Origin: Octopus vulgaris
Lineage: Eukaryota
Direction of reading: 5' to 3'
DNA length: 64,000 nt
Assembly (NCBI GenBank): GCA_951406725.2
Contig: OX597826.1
Span: 61,194,001-61,258,000, forward strand
Under the pieces are notes generated by a model. It did no database searches. It was not told where the DNA came from and was given only the letters and a program-made list of their open reading frames with translations. Made by a program: the position numbers and the translations under genes. This document shows, piece after piece, positions 27,646-39,646 of the stretch; position 1 is the first letter of the stretch, and every line of letters begins with the position of its first letter.

Positions 27646-28042
27646 TTTTACTTTTTTCTATTGTTTCAGTCATGTGACTGTGGCCATGCTGGAGCACCGC
27701 CTTTAGTCGAGCATATTGACCCCAGGACTTATTCTTTGTAAGCCTAGCACTTATTCTATCGGTCTCTTTTGCCGAACCACTAAGTTATGGGGACATAAAC
27801 ACACCAGCAATGGTTGTCAAGCGATGTTGGGGGTACAAACAGACACAAACATACACACACACACGCACACATATATATACGCACACACATATATAAGACA
27901 GGCTTCTTTCAGTTTTCGTCTACCAAATCAACTCACAAGGCTTTGGTCGGCGACACTTGCCCAAGATGCCATGCAGTGGGACTGAACCCAAAACCATGTG
28001 GTTCGTAAGCAAGCTACTTACCACACAGCCACTCCTACGCCT
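27646..28042 (-). mobile_element. Family B SINE
   Basis: Homology to the other copies. Confidence 0.85.
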
Positions 28043-28379
28043 AACACTGACATATCAAAAGTATAAGAAACTGAATTAATCACACGACTATGCTAATTAC
28101 AGATTTTTTTTTTCCAAGCGACATAACATCGTCCTCAAATGATGTAGTATTTGAGCTCAAAATAAAGAGGGATATTTAACTAACTGCTTAGAAGAAAATA
28201 AAAAGCTGGCGATATATCATTTCTGTCCTTCTGCTGATATTGAAATGACAACAACAATAGCAACAACATCTAAAACATTGACCGACGACAACAATGACGA
28301 CACATATACGTATACAGTCCAACTTTCCAGTGTCATGCATGTAATGTTGCTCCAAAAAGAAGTGGCAGAGGTATTGAAT

Positions 28380-28391
28380 AGATAGATAGAA

Positions 28392-28436
<45 letters not shown>

Positions 28437-28640
28437 GAGAGAGAGAGAGGAAGAGAGAGAGTGAGGAAGAGAGAGAGTGATGAAGAGAGTGAGGAAGAGA
28501 GATAGTGAGGAAGAGAGAGAGTGATGAAGAGAGTGAGAGAGGAAGAGAGAGAGGAAGAGAGAGAGTGAAGAGAGAGAGAGAAAGAGGAAGAGAGAGAGTG
28601 AAGAAGAGAGAGAGAGAGAGAGAGGTATGGAAGCAGATAA

Positions 28641-28691
<51 letters not shown>

Positions 28692-28850
28692 TTTATATAG
28701 ATAAGTATGAAGATAGACAGAGAGACAGATAGATAGATAGATAGGTATGGAGAGGGAGAGAGAGAGAAGTAAAACAATATATATGTATAGAAAAATATAA
28801 AGAAATATAAAGAGCGCAAGAGAGATACAAAGAAAGAAAAAGAGTGGCAG
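28380..28850. repeat. GA/GATA low-complexity tract
   Basis: Purine-rich microsatellite. Confidence 0.95.
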
Positions 28851-28912
28851 AACCTCAGCTAAAAAAACAAATTCTCAAGGAGCAGTGAAGAGAGCGAGAA
28901 AGGAGAGCTTAC

Positions 28913-29059
28913 CTACAATAGAGGCTAGCCTATGAGGGTTGATACCACATGGGCCACATGACAACAACGATGAAGAAGATGATGACTTAGAGCTCGTGGA
29001 AACTTTCTCCTGCAACTTGTCACGATTTTTACTTGACTCCCGATCCATTTTTATCTTAC
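28913..29059 (-). CDS. MYCBP2: Cassette / recursive-splicing exon GKIKMDRESSKNRDKLQEKVSTSSKSSSSSSLLSCGPCGINPHRLASIV
   Basis: TACTAAC branch point (29079-29085), ttttcag acceptor, TAG|gtaagc donor, 147 nt, symmetric phase 1, open frame. Confidence 0.75.
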
Positions 29060-29104
29060 CTGAAAAGCCCCAGTAGTTGTTAGTATAATAGAATGCATAT
29101 TTCT

Positions 29105-29660
29105 TTACAAACTCCAGCAGCTGTTAAAGGCTCACAAGACAATCTCATAACAAATTCCAGCAGTTGTTAGACTTTCAAAATATTTTACAAACTCCAGCAG
29201 CTGTTAGGTTCACAAAACAATCTCACAACATACTCCAGCAGTTGTCATGTCCACAAAGTACACGACTTATTACAAACTCCCGCAATTGTTAAGCCTACAA
29301 AACAACTTGATTACTAACTTGAGTAACTAATAGGCTTTGAAAATACCATTACAGACTCCAGCAGTTATTAGGTCCACAATACACACATATTACTAACTCC
29401 AGCAGTTGATAAGCTTTCAAAATGCCATTACAAACTTCAGCAGTTAAGTCTATAAGATAATCTTGTTTCACACTCCATTATTCATTAGCTCTACAAAACA
29501 CATTATAAACCCCAGCAGTTGTTAGGCTCTCAAAACACATTACAAACTCCAAGAATTGTTACGTCTACAAGATAATCTTATATCTACAAAATACACTTTA
29601 CAAACTCCAGCAATTGTTAGTTCTACAAAATACAACATCACAAATTCCAGTAATTGTTAT
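29105..29660. repeat. Degenerate minisatellite (about 37-40 bp, acaaactccagcagttgttag)
   Basis: Tandem unit visible about 14 times. Confidence 0.85.
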
Positions 29661-30426
29661 GTATACAAAAATACATTTCAATGCAAGCTATTCCAAACAT
29701 GTTTTGGTATCTCAATTTTATTCTTCCCCCAGCCACCCACCCATTTATTCCTAAATTCATCTCCAAAGTGCTTTGTCAATTGTATCGTGACAGTTTCTCC
29801 TATATTACCATGACATTGTATTTTCTCTGTTCTTTTACTGAATCCATTCATTAGACTGTGGTCATACTGGGGCACACCTCCCACATTATGATCAATTATG
29901 TCCACCTAAGTTTTTACCTGATATTTATTTATTTTATCCACGGTGAAAAGATAAAACAGAGCTCACCTGTCCATGATTTAAATTCAGAATGTAAAAAACA
30001 AATGCTTTGGTAATTCTACCATCCACTGTCCAACACACACACACACATACATACACACACACACATAACTTGAATTCCAAAGAAGCACAAACATTTTTGT
30101 TTTTTAAACTTTGGTACACCAAAGGATACATTTATATGTGAAAAAACCGTATGCAATCATACAGCACAACAAAAACCAAGAAAATTAACACCAATATGCA
30201 AATCAGCTTCTTCTATGCAAATTTTAAAAATTGAAAAAAAATCTTTAATATGCTTATGAGCTGTTTTTTCTTGTTAACACAGCACCAAGTCCATAGAATA
30301 AGGAGAACTTTATCAGAAAGTTTTAAAATTGCACCATCAATGTGATATTCATGCCATGCTTCTGTGAACTTGTGAGCATAATTTTCAGTTATTATTAGGT
30401 GATAAACATACTTCAAGATATATACA

Positions 30427-31680
30427 CAGGGTGCACTGGGTAAATTGTTGCCATTGTTCATTTTTGATTTTGTTGGCTACACAGTATAGTAGGGTCAGTT
30501 GGGCACTGTCTGAGAGAAAAACAGCACCATGATGCAATTCACTCGACCAGAAATTTGGAAACGACATGCTGTACTGCTTGGCATTCACACCGGAAGCTCC
30601 AATACGAACATTTCAGAGTGTTTGGGTGTCAATCTGGGGACAGTACAGAGGATTGGATTTGGAAAGAGTTGGATGAGTCTAATGGTGATTACGAAGGTAT
30701 GGCAGCTCGGAAAACTCACTCTGATCATTGTGATAAGAAAAGAACTCCTGTATTTGTTGGTGAGATCCTGGCCATGATTGACAATGATCCCTCCAAGTCA
30801 ATCAGGTTCATCGTCAGCGAAATAGGAATGTCTGAGTTACTTATCAGACAAGTTGTGCATGAAGACATTTGGTATTCCTCATAGAAGATGAGAAAAGGGC
30901 CAATTTTTATCCGAAGCCATCAAGGCCAAGAGGAAAGACCACACTTCAAAGCTTTTGAACAAACTCAAGCATCTCCTCCAACTGAACATGCTTTGGTTTT
31001 TCTCAGATGAGAAAAATTTCTGCCAGCATCAGATGGTGAACATACAGAACAACCATTGGCTTGCTGTGTCCCCAAAACATGTACCAAGAGGGATAAAAAT
31101 CAAGCATCCAGTCAACATCATGGTGACTGGAGTGATCACTAGTGATGGCAACATTGTGCCTCCATTCATCTTCCCACACAGCCTTAGACTGAACACAGAG
31201 GCCTACATCAAGTCTCTGGAGGAGATATTGCTGCATTGGGTTGGCTGCTGGAAGAGCCTATGTCTGGCAACAGGACTCTGCACCATGCCACACAAGCAGG
31301 AGAACCCAGTCATGGCTGTCAAGCAATTTCTGCGATCACATCACCCCTAATATCTGGCCACCTAACTCCCAAGACTGCAACCTCCTTGATTATTATGTGT
31401 GGGGCACAGTTGGGCAAGAGACCAACAAAACTCTTTGTAACTAAAGATGAACTGAAGGCAAGATTTATGGCAGCATTGACAAACATAAACAAAGAGACCA
31501 TCCATAGAAGTTGCAGGTGATTCTGAAGTTGTCTGGAGGCCATGGAAATTTTATTGAATGAATTTACTCTTTAGTATTTCAAGATATTTTTATGTAATTT
31601 TGGTAAATATATCTGTTAAAATGCGATGACTGTATAATTTTCCTTTTGCATAATTTAGATGACAACTTATTCACCACACC

Positions 31681-31683
<3 letters not shown>
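30427..31683 (+). mobile_element. Tc1/mariner superfamily, maT (DD37D) transposon with pseudogenised transposase
   Basis: CAGGGTG...CACCCTG terminal inverted repeats, TA on the right side; FSDEKNF, QQDSAPCH and WPPNSQDCNLLDY motifs with 37 aa between the last two Asp; frameshifts and stops. Confidence 0.92.
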
Positions 31684-31717
<34 letters not shown>

Positions 31718-31858
31718 GATTAATCAGCTGAAATTGCGAAGATGATCCAGTTCTTGACTGAAGATTGAAGGCTTCGAATGTGCCGTCCGTGTTTTTTGTA
31801 TCGTCTTCTAAATGTTTCACGTTCTTGTCCCAGTTTGTATTTTTTTACATTTACATAC

Positions 31859-31893
<35 letters not shown>

Positions 31894-32541
31894 TATCTCC
31901 ATATCCACAAGGTCCAATCCTTATTGCAGTGCAGAGGCTTATTTTCCTCAGTGACCCAGATAGCTATGCCAGCGGAGCACAGAGCCTCTTATGCTGGACA
32001 GGTCAAAGAATAGAAGCCAAAATAATATGGACCACCACTTCTCAGAGTGAGTGGCAGTCCATATTTTTTTGCATGGGGCCTACATCTCTACTTAGAAAAA
32101 AAAGCAAAGTTACAGAAAACTTCAAATATCAAAACCAATGAGAATTGGGAGAGGAAGGCCTTCCCTTGCTGCAAAGAAGAACAAGGATCTAACTGGGAAG
32201 TAGTAGTAAAAGGCAGCCCTGAGTCAAAAACAGTAGAGAAAAAGTCATCAATGGCTAATACTTCATAAGGAGCAAAGGGTTTAGATATACATGTATGCAT
32301 GTGTGTGTGAATGTGAATGTAGGTGCAAGTATAGCTGACCAGTTTTTCTTTTACTAACTGGAATTGTTACAAGATTGACATTAGATCATAGAGTTTCAGG
32401 TTAAGTCACCTGTCAAAAGTAACTTGATATGAATTTGTAGGGTTTTGTGTCCCTCCTATAGCAATTACAACTGAGGACAGATTAAATATACCCTGCTTTA
32501 CACAGTGAGTTCTCTTCCTCTCATTTGTAAAACCAAACATG

Positions 32542-32574
<33 letters not shown>

Positions 32575-32991
32575 ATGTGTGCATGTGTATACGTACATAT
32601 GTATACATTTGAATGCATCAGGCTAAAGATATATCCATCAACAAGAGGAATGATGACAAAGTGATATTTCAAGAACAAACACGTTTTAGTAGTTATTCCA
32701 GTGTCAATCTCCACACTGGAAACTCAATTTTAGCTTACAATGCAACTGATCACAAGAGCCATAAGATAAAATATGCCTAGCAGATTACAATACTTATAAG
32801 AGAAAACAAATATTTTTTTTACTAATTTTTCTCTGCTGTTCCTTTTTCAATACATCATATATTTTTAAAAATGATTCACACACATGAAACAAAAACAAAA
32901 AAAAGGACAAAACATACAAAGTGCCAGAAAATTTGATTAATCTTATAATAGATTCTTCCACCAAGACATCTTTCAACCTTAAACTCTGTAC

Positions 32992-33018
32992 CCCTATCAC
33001 ACCCCCACAGATGATGCA
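32992..33018 (-). CDS. Weak candidate 27-nt microexon (VHHLWGCDR)
   Basis: tttttctgtctacag acceptor, GG|gtacag donor, symmetric phase 1. Confidence 0.25.
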
Positions 33019-33443
33019 CTGTAGACAGAAAAATTCAGAAAAGAATATGAAACAACCAAAGAAAGGTTAAAAGTAGCTTCAAAAAACAAAGAAACAAGAA
33101 GAGAATTGATGCAAAAGAAAAAAAAACTGAAACATCAATAATATCAGTATTCAATAACAGTAATCAATAATATTGATAAATTGCAAGCTGTGGAGATACC
33201 ATTTCTTTTGAATTATCATATTTATATGGATGAACTGTTAATAACAGCAGCTAATTAAGTAATTAAAAACTAAATGAACAACCAAATCTGTGTTTAGTAT
33301 TTGGGAAATTATTAAACATTACTGGGATACGATACAATTATGGGGTTTTTGGTTTCTTCTTGTTTTGGGGAGAGTTTATTTTTGTTTTTTTTTTTTAATA
33401 TCAATAAATATTCAAAGATCCAAAGATATAAAATAAGACTCAC

Positions 33444-33458
33444 TTAGCCATATAGTCA
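33444..33458 (-). CDS. MYCBP2: Candidate 15-nt microexon (VTIWL)
   Basis: tatttttgccttgtgcag|TGACTATATGGCTAA|gtgagt; symmetric phase 1, no stop in frame. Confidence 0.55.
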
Positions 33459-33871
33459 CTGCACAAGGCAAAAATATACAAGAGGCATGAACGAAATTTA
33501 AACCAAAACTGTGCATAATGAGTGAAGAAAAATAAATAAATATATATATAGATAGATAGATATAGATATAATAAATATATATAAATAATAAACAAACAAC
33601 CAAAGCTAGTGAATTCTTGTGAAATAAAAATAAGTATATTGATCAACTGAATTGCATTTCAGAACATTGAATTCTTCAAAAAATATATATCACAAAAATA
33701 CGATAAGCAGATATCGCCGCAGCAGCAATGATGAAGAAAAAGAGCAAGTGAGCGAACAAAATTAAATAGCTGAATAAATGTGAAAGTGAAAGTGATAAAG
33801 AGAGAAAAATCAGCAAAAGAAAGTCAAAAAAGAGAGAGGAAGATTGAGCGAGAGAGAGAGAGAGTTTTTAC

Positions 33872-33994
33872 CTCCAGAGAGGGTCTTCACATTTGTTAGT
33901 AGAGGAGCAGCTAGGCGCTTAGTTTCACCATTTTCTGCTGGGATTTTCACCAGACAGGCTTGCGGTAAGGTTGAACTTTTAAGAGTTTCTTTCT
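33872..33994 (-). CDS. MYCBP2: Candidate cassette exon EKETLKSSTLPQACLVKIPAENGETKRLAAPLLTNVKTLSG
   Basis: Long pyrimidine tract plus tttttcaag acceptor, GAG|gtaaaa donor, 123 nt, symmetric phase 1, open frame. Confidence 0.6.
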
Positions 33995-34067
33995 CTTGAA
34001 AAATCAGATGGAGAGATTCATGATGAAGGAGAGAAAACGGAACGGAAATTGCGATGAAGACTCTTAC

Positions 34068-34109
34068 CAAGTGCGAAAAGAAAAAGGAGTATTAGCAACA
34101 CACGATGAC
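34068..34109 (-). CDS. MYCBP2: Candidate hydrophobic exon [14 protein letters not shown] (may extend 5' to ATG at 34191 or 34218)
   Basis: ctacag|G acceptor, strong TTG|gtaaga donor, 42 nt, symmetric phase 1; 73-nt intron to the next candidate exon. Confidence 0.4.
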
Positions 34110-34288
34110 CTGTAGCCATAATCAATAAGCTGATGATAGAAGCAATCAATAAAAAGCAGATCACAGACCAATCAATTTGACTGATTGACATGTACTGAAC
34201 ACACAACCTAGCGGTCATGCCTGGACGACTTTGTGTTTTATGTATATGTATGCATATATATATATATATACATATATATGTATGTATG

Positions 34289-34405
<117 letters not shown>

Positions 34406-34720
34406 ATATACAGATCTCCTGACAATTTCTTTAAGAGTTATGGAAGCAAACTCGATAATTATTTCTTTAAGAGGCAAGAGAAATAATGATTGAATGGGAA
34501 ACTTAAAAAAGATCTTTAATAAAGGATACTGACAACTGGAAGCAAAATCTAAAACAATGATGGAAAGAAGGAAACAAAAGAAAACCAAAATTTTATCAAA
34601 ACTCAGATGTTGCATAGCGATCATGATTCAAGTTTAAAATCTAAATTTTAATAATGAATGTAACCATATTGGAATTGAAATCAATAATCTCCAACTGTGT
34701 GTGTGTGTGTGTGTGTTTAA

Positions 34721-34929
34721 CTCTTTAGCATTTAAACTAGTCATATCAGGCCCTAACATTATGTTCAAACTGGTCAGATTCGGCCGCTCACACCTACCAT
34801 ACAATGTCACTATAAAGATATACAATCACATCATTGAAATCTCAGGGCTACAAGATACTTTGTGATTAATTTAAACCAATTTGAATTATCAAACATTGTA
34901 TTTGACAAAGTAATCTGAATGCTAAAGGG
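34721..34929. mobile_element. piggyBac-type MITE (other copies ~20852-21078, 26314-26960 split by a SINE, partial ~60840-60990)
   Basis: TTAA flanks; (c)ctttagcatt / aatgctaaaggg termini; several homologous copies in the window. Confidence 0.8.
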
Positions 34930-36532
34930 TTAAGGGAGTTTTATGAAGTTGATAATCAGGAAGCTGTGTTCAGCAGTTGTGGGGTTCTGGCAGGCAGAAA
35001 TGACACAGAAATCAGATGAGGAAAACATTTGTCAGAATGATATCACATGCTTTCACATAAGGTGTTACATGATGATGTTAGTATTCCGGGCAAAATGCTT
35101 AGCGGTATTTCGTCTTCCGTCATGTTCTGAGTTCAAAAATCTGCCATGGTCGACTTTGTCTTTCATCCTTTCAGGGTCAATAAATTAAGTACCAGTTATG
35201 CACTGGAGTAGATGTCATTGACTTAATCCCTTTGTCTATCCTTGTTTGTCCCCTCTTTGTTCAGCCCCTTGTGGGCAATAAAGAAGTAAGAACGCTTCTG
35301 ATGATGTGAGCAAAGACAGGAGGATTGATATATCATGATAAGGATTTATGTAGTCACACACTTGGATACATGCACAAACACTGTATTTATTATTTTTTTT
35401 TTTTGCATACAAGTCAAGATTTTCAGACCAAAATTTAAAAAAAGAAAAAAAAAAGGTAGGTCAACCAAGACGCTAAGATGACTTTGGCAGGCCAAAAATT
35501 TCATGAGAAAAAAGGTGGAATTTGAAAAGTTAGTGACAGTGTTCGAATGTTTACATTTTCACACTATATTCTACATTGATTTGTATGCTGGAAAATACAG
35601 TAATGCTTTGCAATCAAAATGAATTAAAAGAGAGCACGTGTGTGTGTGTGTGCATGTGTGCGTACACACATATGTGCTGGGCTGGGCATCCAGCCACAGC
35701 AACCATACCAAAGCAAGCAACACAGAACACAGTTCTCTGACTTGTTGGATACTGTTGAACCACCAGCTGGGGGGACAAACATTAAATGATAATGATGATA
35801 TAATCTTCACTTTACATAGGGTTCTCATGTTGACAGGAGTTGGACAGGTCATTGCAGTGCAAGTCAGTTACTGTCTTCCTAGACACATGCAAGGACCAAG
35901 TTTTGTAGTTCTGGTGTGATTTCTCTGTTTGTATGCCTGCTCTTCTTAACACTAAAAATTTTACAGAATGCATTGAATGCATTTTTTCAAGGCCTTGCAT
36001 GTGTGTGTGTGCATTTCAGAGAGAGAGACAAACAGATGGACAGAAGAAAGAGACAAAAACATGCAGTTGTCAGTAATATAAGCCAATGCCAATCAGGTAC
36101 CATTCTTATCATAGACAATAGACAGAAGGATAGCAAACAATATAGCCATTCTCTTGCAATGTAAGCCCCACCCCCAAAATGGCAAAGCAAAACTAAGAAA
36201 CAAAGAAAAACTGATTTCTAATAAATTCCAAACCCAAAATCTTTTTCTCTTTTTTTTCTATCTAATCAAAAAGAAAACAGATGCTTCCACAACCAAATTT
36301 CAGATCAAACAATATTATATGATATACAGTACTATATGGTAAAATTAATAAATAGAACAAACTAATCAAAACTATTAGTATTTTCATTCACTTTAAATTT
36401 GCTTTCCATGCCAGCATGGGTTAGATGAATACATTTTATGGAAGCATTGTTTTTACAGCCAGATGCTCTTCCCACTGCTAACCCTTGTCTGTGTTTCAAG
36501 TAAGGAACACTTCATTCCACCTGTCATTGAAT

Positions 36533-36640
36533 GCATTCCCCTGATGAACTGTTGTGGTTCAGCATCCAGTTGCACTTGGAACATCCACTGCAGAGGATGC
36601 AAATAACTACAATGGTGAAACATATGTAGGGAACGAATGC
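36533..36640 (+). ncRNA. Type I hammerhead ribozyme, intact core (Penelope pLTR / retrozyme-like)
   Basis: Stem I ttccc/gggaa; CUGAUGA at 36541-36547; 12-bp stem II (36548-36559 / 36605-36616) with hairpin extension; GAAA at 36617-36620; palindromic CAUAUG stem III; GUA cleavage after 36628. Confidence 0.8.
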
Positions 36641-37131
36641 CATAAGCTTGTGAATGATGATAATATTCTAGGTGAAACTCTAAACTCACTAAGAGCTATC
36701 ATACATCTAGCTGCACAGATAAGATATACCATACATACATATATATAAAGTAGAGTAATAAATGTGTGTGTATATATATATATATAAAACACCAAATAAG
36801 TTAGGGGTTGTGGATCCAACCCACTAAGGGATAATACTTATCCAATATACTGTTTGTATAATACCCAAATTATTAATACACAAGTGTTTTTAATTGCAAT
36901 GCAATTAACTTACTTATTGTATTAAATGTATTAATTGTATTAAACTTACTTATTGTATTAGAAGGCTGCACCAGGCTGCCAGATAAGACTGGAGCCTGGT
37001 GCAGCCTTCTGGCTTCCCAGATCCCCGGTCGAACCGTCCAACCCATGCTAGCATGGAGAACGGACGTTAAACGACGATGATGATGATGATGATGGGTGAA
37101 GGTAAAGAAATATTTTACCATTAATTTATAA

Positions 37132-37460
37132 TACAAATAAGAAAATGGAGAAACAATTTAGTTGGTTTATCAGTTTTAGGATATTAGAATGTTGACTTAT
37201 TTATTTATCAAAACGACAACCATAATAACATACAAATATACAGTATAAAATTCAATACATATAAGGTAAGAATACAAGTAGTTATTAATTTATATTAATG
37301 TTTTTTTTTAATAACTACTGGTATTACTATCTTATATGTATTGAATTTTATACTGCATATATGTATGTTATTATGGGTGTCGTTTTGATAAATAAGTCAA
37401 CATTCTAATATCCTAAAGCTGATAAACCAACTAATGTGTTTCTCCATTTTCTTATTTGTA
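37132..37460. repeat. Long near-perfect inverted repeat (foldback, arms about 155 bp)
   Basis: 37132-37288 is the reverse complement of 37308-37460 with few mismatches. Confidence 0.92.
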
Positions 37461-38397
37461 ATTATATATATGTATGTGGCCCTCGTGCCGGTGGCACATA
37501 AAAAGCACCATCCGTTCGTGACCGTTTGCCAGCTCTGTCTGGCACCTGTGCGGGTGGCACGTAAAAAGCACCCACTACACTCACGGAGTGGTTGGCGTTA
37601 GGAAGGGCATCCAGCCGTAGAAACACTGCCAGATTTGACTGGGCCTGATGAAGCCTTCTGGCTTCACAGACCCCAGTAGAACCGTCCAACCCATGCTAGC
37701 ATGGAAAACAGATGCTAAACGATGATGATGATGATGATGATGATGATATACACACACACACACACACATTCACATACTTCATGTGTGCTTTGCTGCAATA
37801 GCAGAGTACATAACCATAATCCCTGGTGACCTCCACAACCATGAGGCAGTGTAATATCATGCCAATCCTCATATGTGGGGTTGTATAAGGACAGTTGCAG
37901 AAATACAGAACAAAGTGTTAAATGATAAATGGTAAAAGAGCATGAACTGTATAAATAAATCCACTTGCTTAGAGACCATAGACAAGGTCTTTCTCAGACA
38001 TATTCAGTTAAGTTCTGAGAATGCTGAGAGAACATAGAGTAGTACTCATCATTTAGATTTGTTTTCTTTTGGTTTTTCTTTTTCTTCTTTCAACTGAAAC
38101 TGTAAGAGAATGAATTTAATTATACAAATCATGTCCTTTTATCATTTATTATTAATACTTCATTCACTACTTCTGCTGTAGTCAATATATATATGTATGT
38201 ATGTATAGTACAGTCTGTAAAATGGTTAGCAGTAGGAAGGGTACCCAACCAAGCTAAAAAAAATAAATATATGAGCAAGATGGGGGAGGGGGTCTTCCAA
38301 CTCCTATAAGGAGGCAGCAGTTCCAAATAAGACCTGACTCAGAACTTACTTGACAACTCCTCAAACTCATGCAAACATAGATAGCAAATATAAAATG

Positions 38398-38428
<31 letters not shown>

Positions 38429-39001
38429 TCTAACTGACTACTTTGAAACAAGAGGATAATGAACCAACCAACATAGTAGTCTCTAGTCACACACTGTACA
38501 AAAGATACATAACTTCCTTATTTCTAGAACAGATCCATTCTTTACCACAAAAGGACAGGAAGACTACATTGCTAAGTGCTCCTCAGCTGACTAAAACCGA
38601 CCCATTAAAATTAAGGAGTGACAGTGACAGTTCATTTATTGCTTTGTCACTTGAATAAACACAAAAATGAGAAATTTGGAGCAGAAATAGAACAAACCTG
38701 TTTTGAAGACGAAAAAATTAAATGTATGCATGCGTGTATTTAACAGACAAGCTAAAATTGCTTCTGAAACAAATCCACACTCTTTACCTAGACACATGTT
38801 CCTGTAATTCACCAAATATCATATAAACTATAGACAAGCAACTAACTTCTATTTAGGATTTTAGATAAAGATACGAGAAAGGCAGGTTGACAGAATTGAC
38901 CGCAATCTCAAAGAGGACATGGAAAGCAACCACAGCTATCAGTCTGGAATTAAAATATTAAAACTATAAGAGGAAGAAATAAAAGCAGAGCAAGAACATA
39001 C

Positions 39002-39430
39002 CTAGAGCTTTGACAAGTTCTTTCACAGAGAAACCTTGTAATTCAGAGTTGACCTCTGAAGAGGAAGGTGTTTCTTTCTTGGTGGACTTCTGTGAACCAG
39101 GCGTTGGCATGCTTCCATTCATTTCTGATGTTTTCACAGACTTTGACCCACCCATACTGCCAGAGCTTTTATAGCTTCCGCCGCCAGAATTTTGTCGGCT
39201 GTTCGCATAGTCGTTGTGTTCCTTCGTTGCCATGAAAGATAAGCCAGTCTGTTTGGTGTCACCCAAGAATCCATCCGCGCGACACAATACTGGCCCATTG
39301 AACTGGTCGGAGGAGTTTCCTCCACCCCCTCCTCCCCCTCCGTACCAGCTGGCACCGAAGCTGGAACTTCGCTCATGCGTGTATTGCTGAGGTTTTTGAC
39401 CAAATACTGTGGAATCGTTTCCGGAGAAAC
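39002..39430 (-). CDS. MYCBP2: MYCBP2 exon, Gly/Ser-rich: GFSGNDSTVFG...ELQGFSVKELVKAL
   Basis: cttcag/gtatgt boundaries, phase 1 to 1, 429 nt open; ends in an ELQGxSVKELVK motif recalled from invertebrate Highwire orthologues. Confidence 0.9.
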
Positions 39431-39646
39431 CTGAAGAAATGGAAAACAGACATGTGAGAATAAAGGAATGGGGGTGAGGGAAGAGTATACAGAATGGTGG
39501 AGGAAGGGGGCGATAATGAAACAAGAAGGAGGTGACATTCAAATAAGGTGGAGATGGTAACACTGCAGGAGGTGGTGGGGTGTCAATGACATTGAAACAA
39601 GGGTGTGGTCACACTGGAATAGGGAGAGGTGGTTGATATTGGGGAG

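Noticed and set aside
29105-29660. Regularly spaced ~37-bp repeats resembling a CRISPR array
   Set aside because: Degenerate tandem units without unique spacers, eukaryotic intron context, no cas genes.
31940-32280. Coding-like ORFs at 32047-32300
   Set aside because: They look like heavily decayed LINE remnants and lack compatible splice sites.
32410-32470. Possible exon ending GACAG|gtgact
   Set aside because: Phase 1 to 2 inside a phase-1 intron would shift the frame; no other support.
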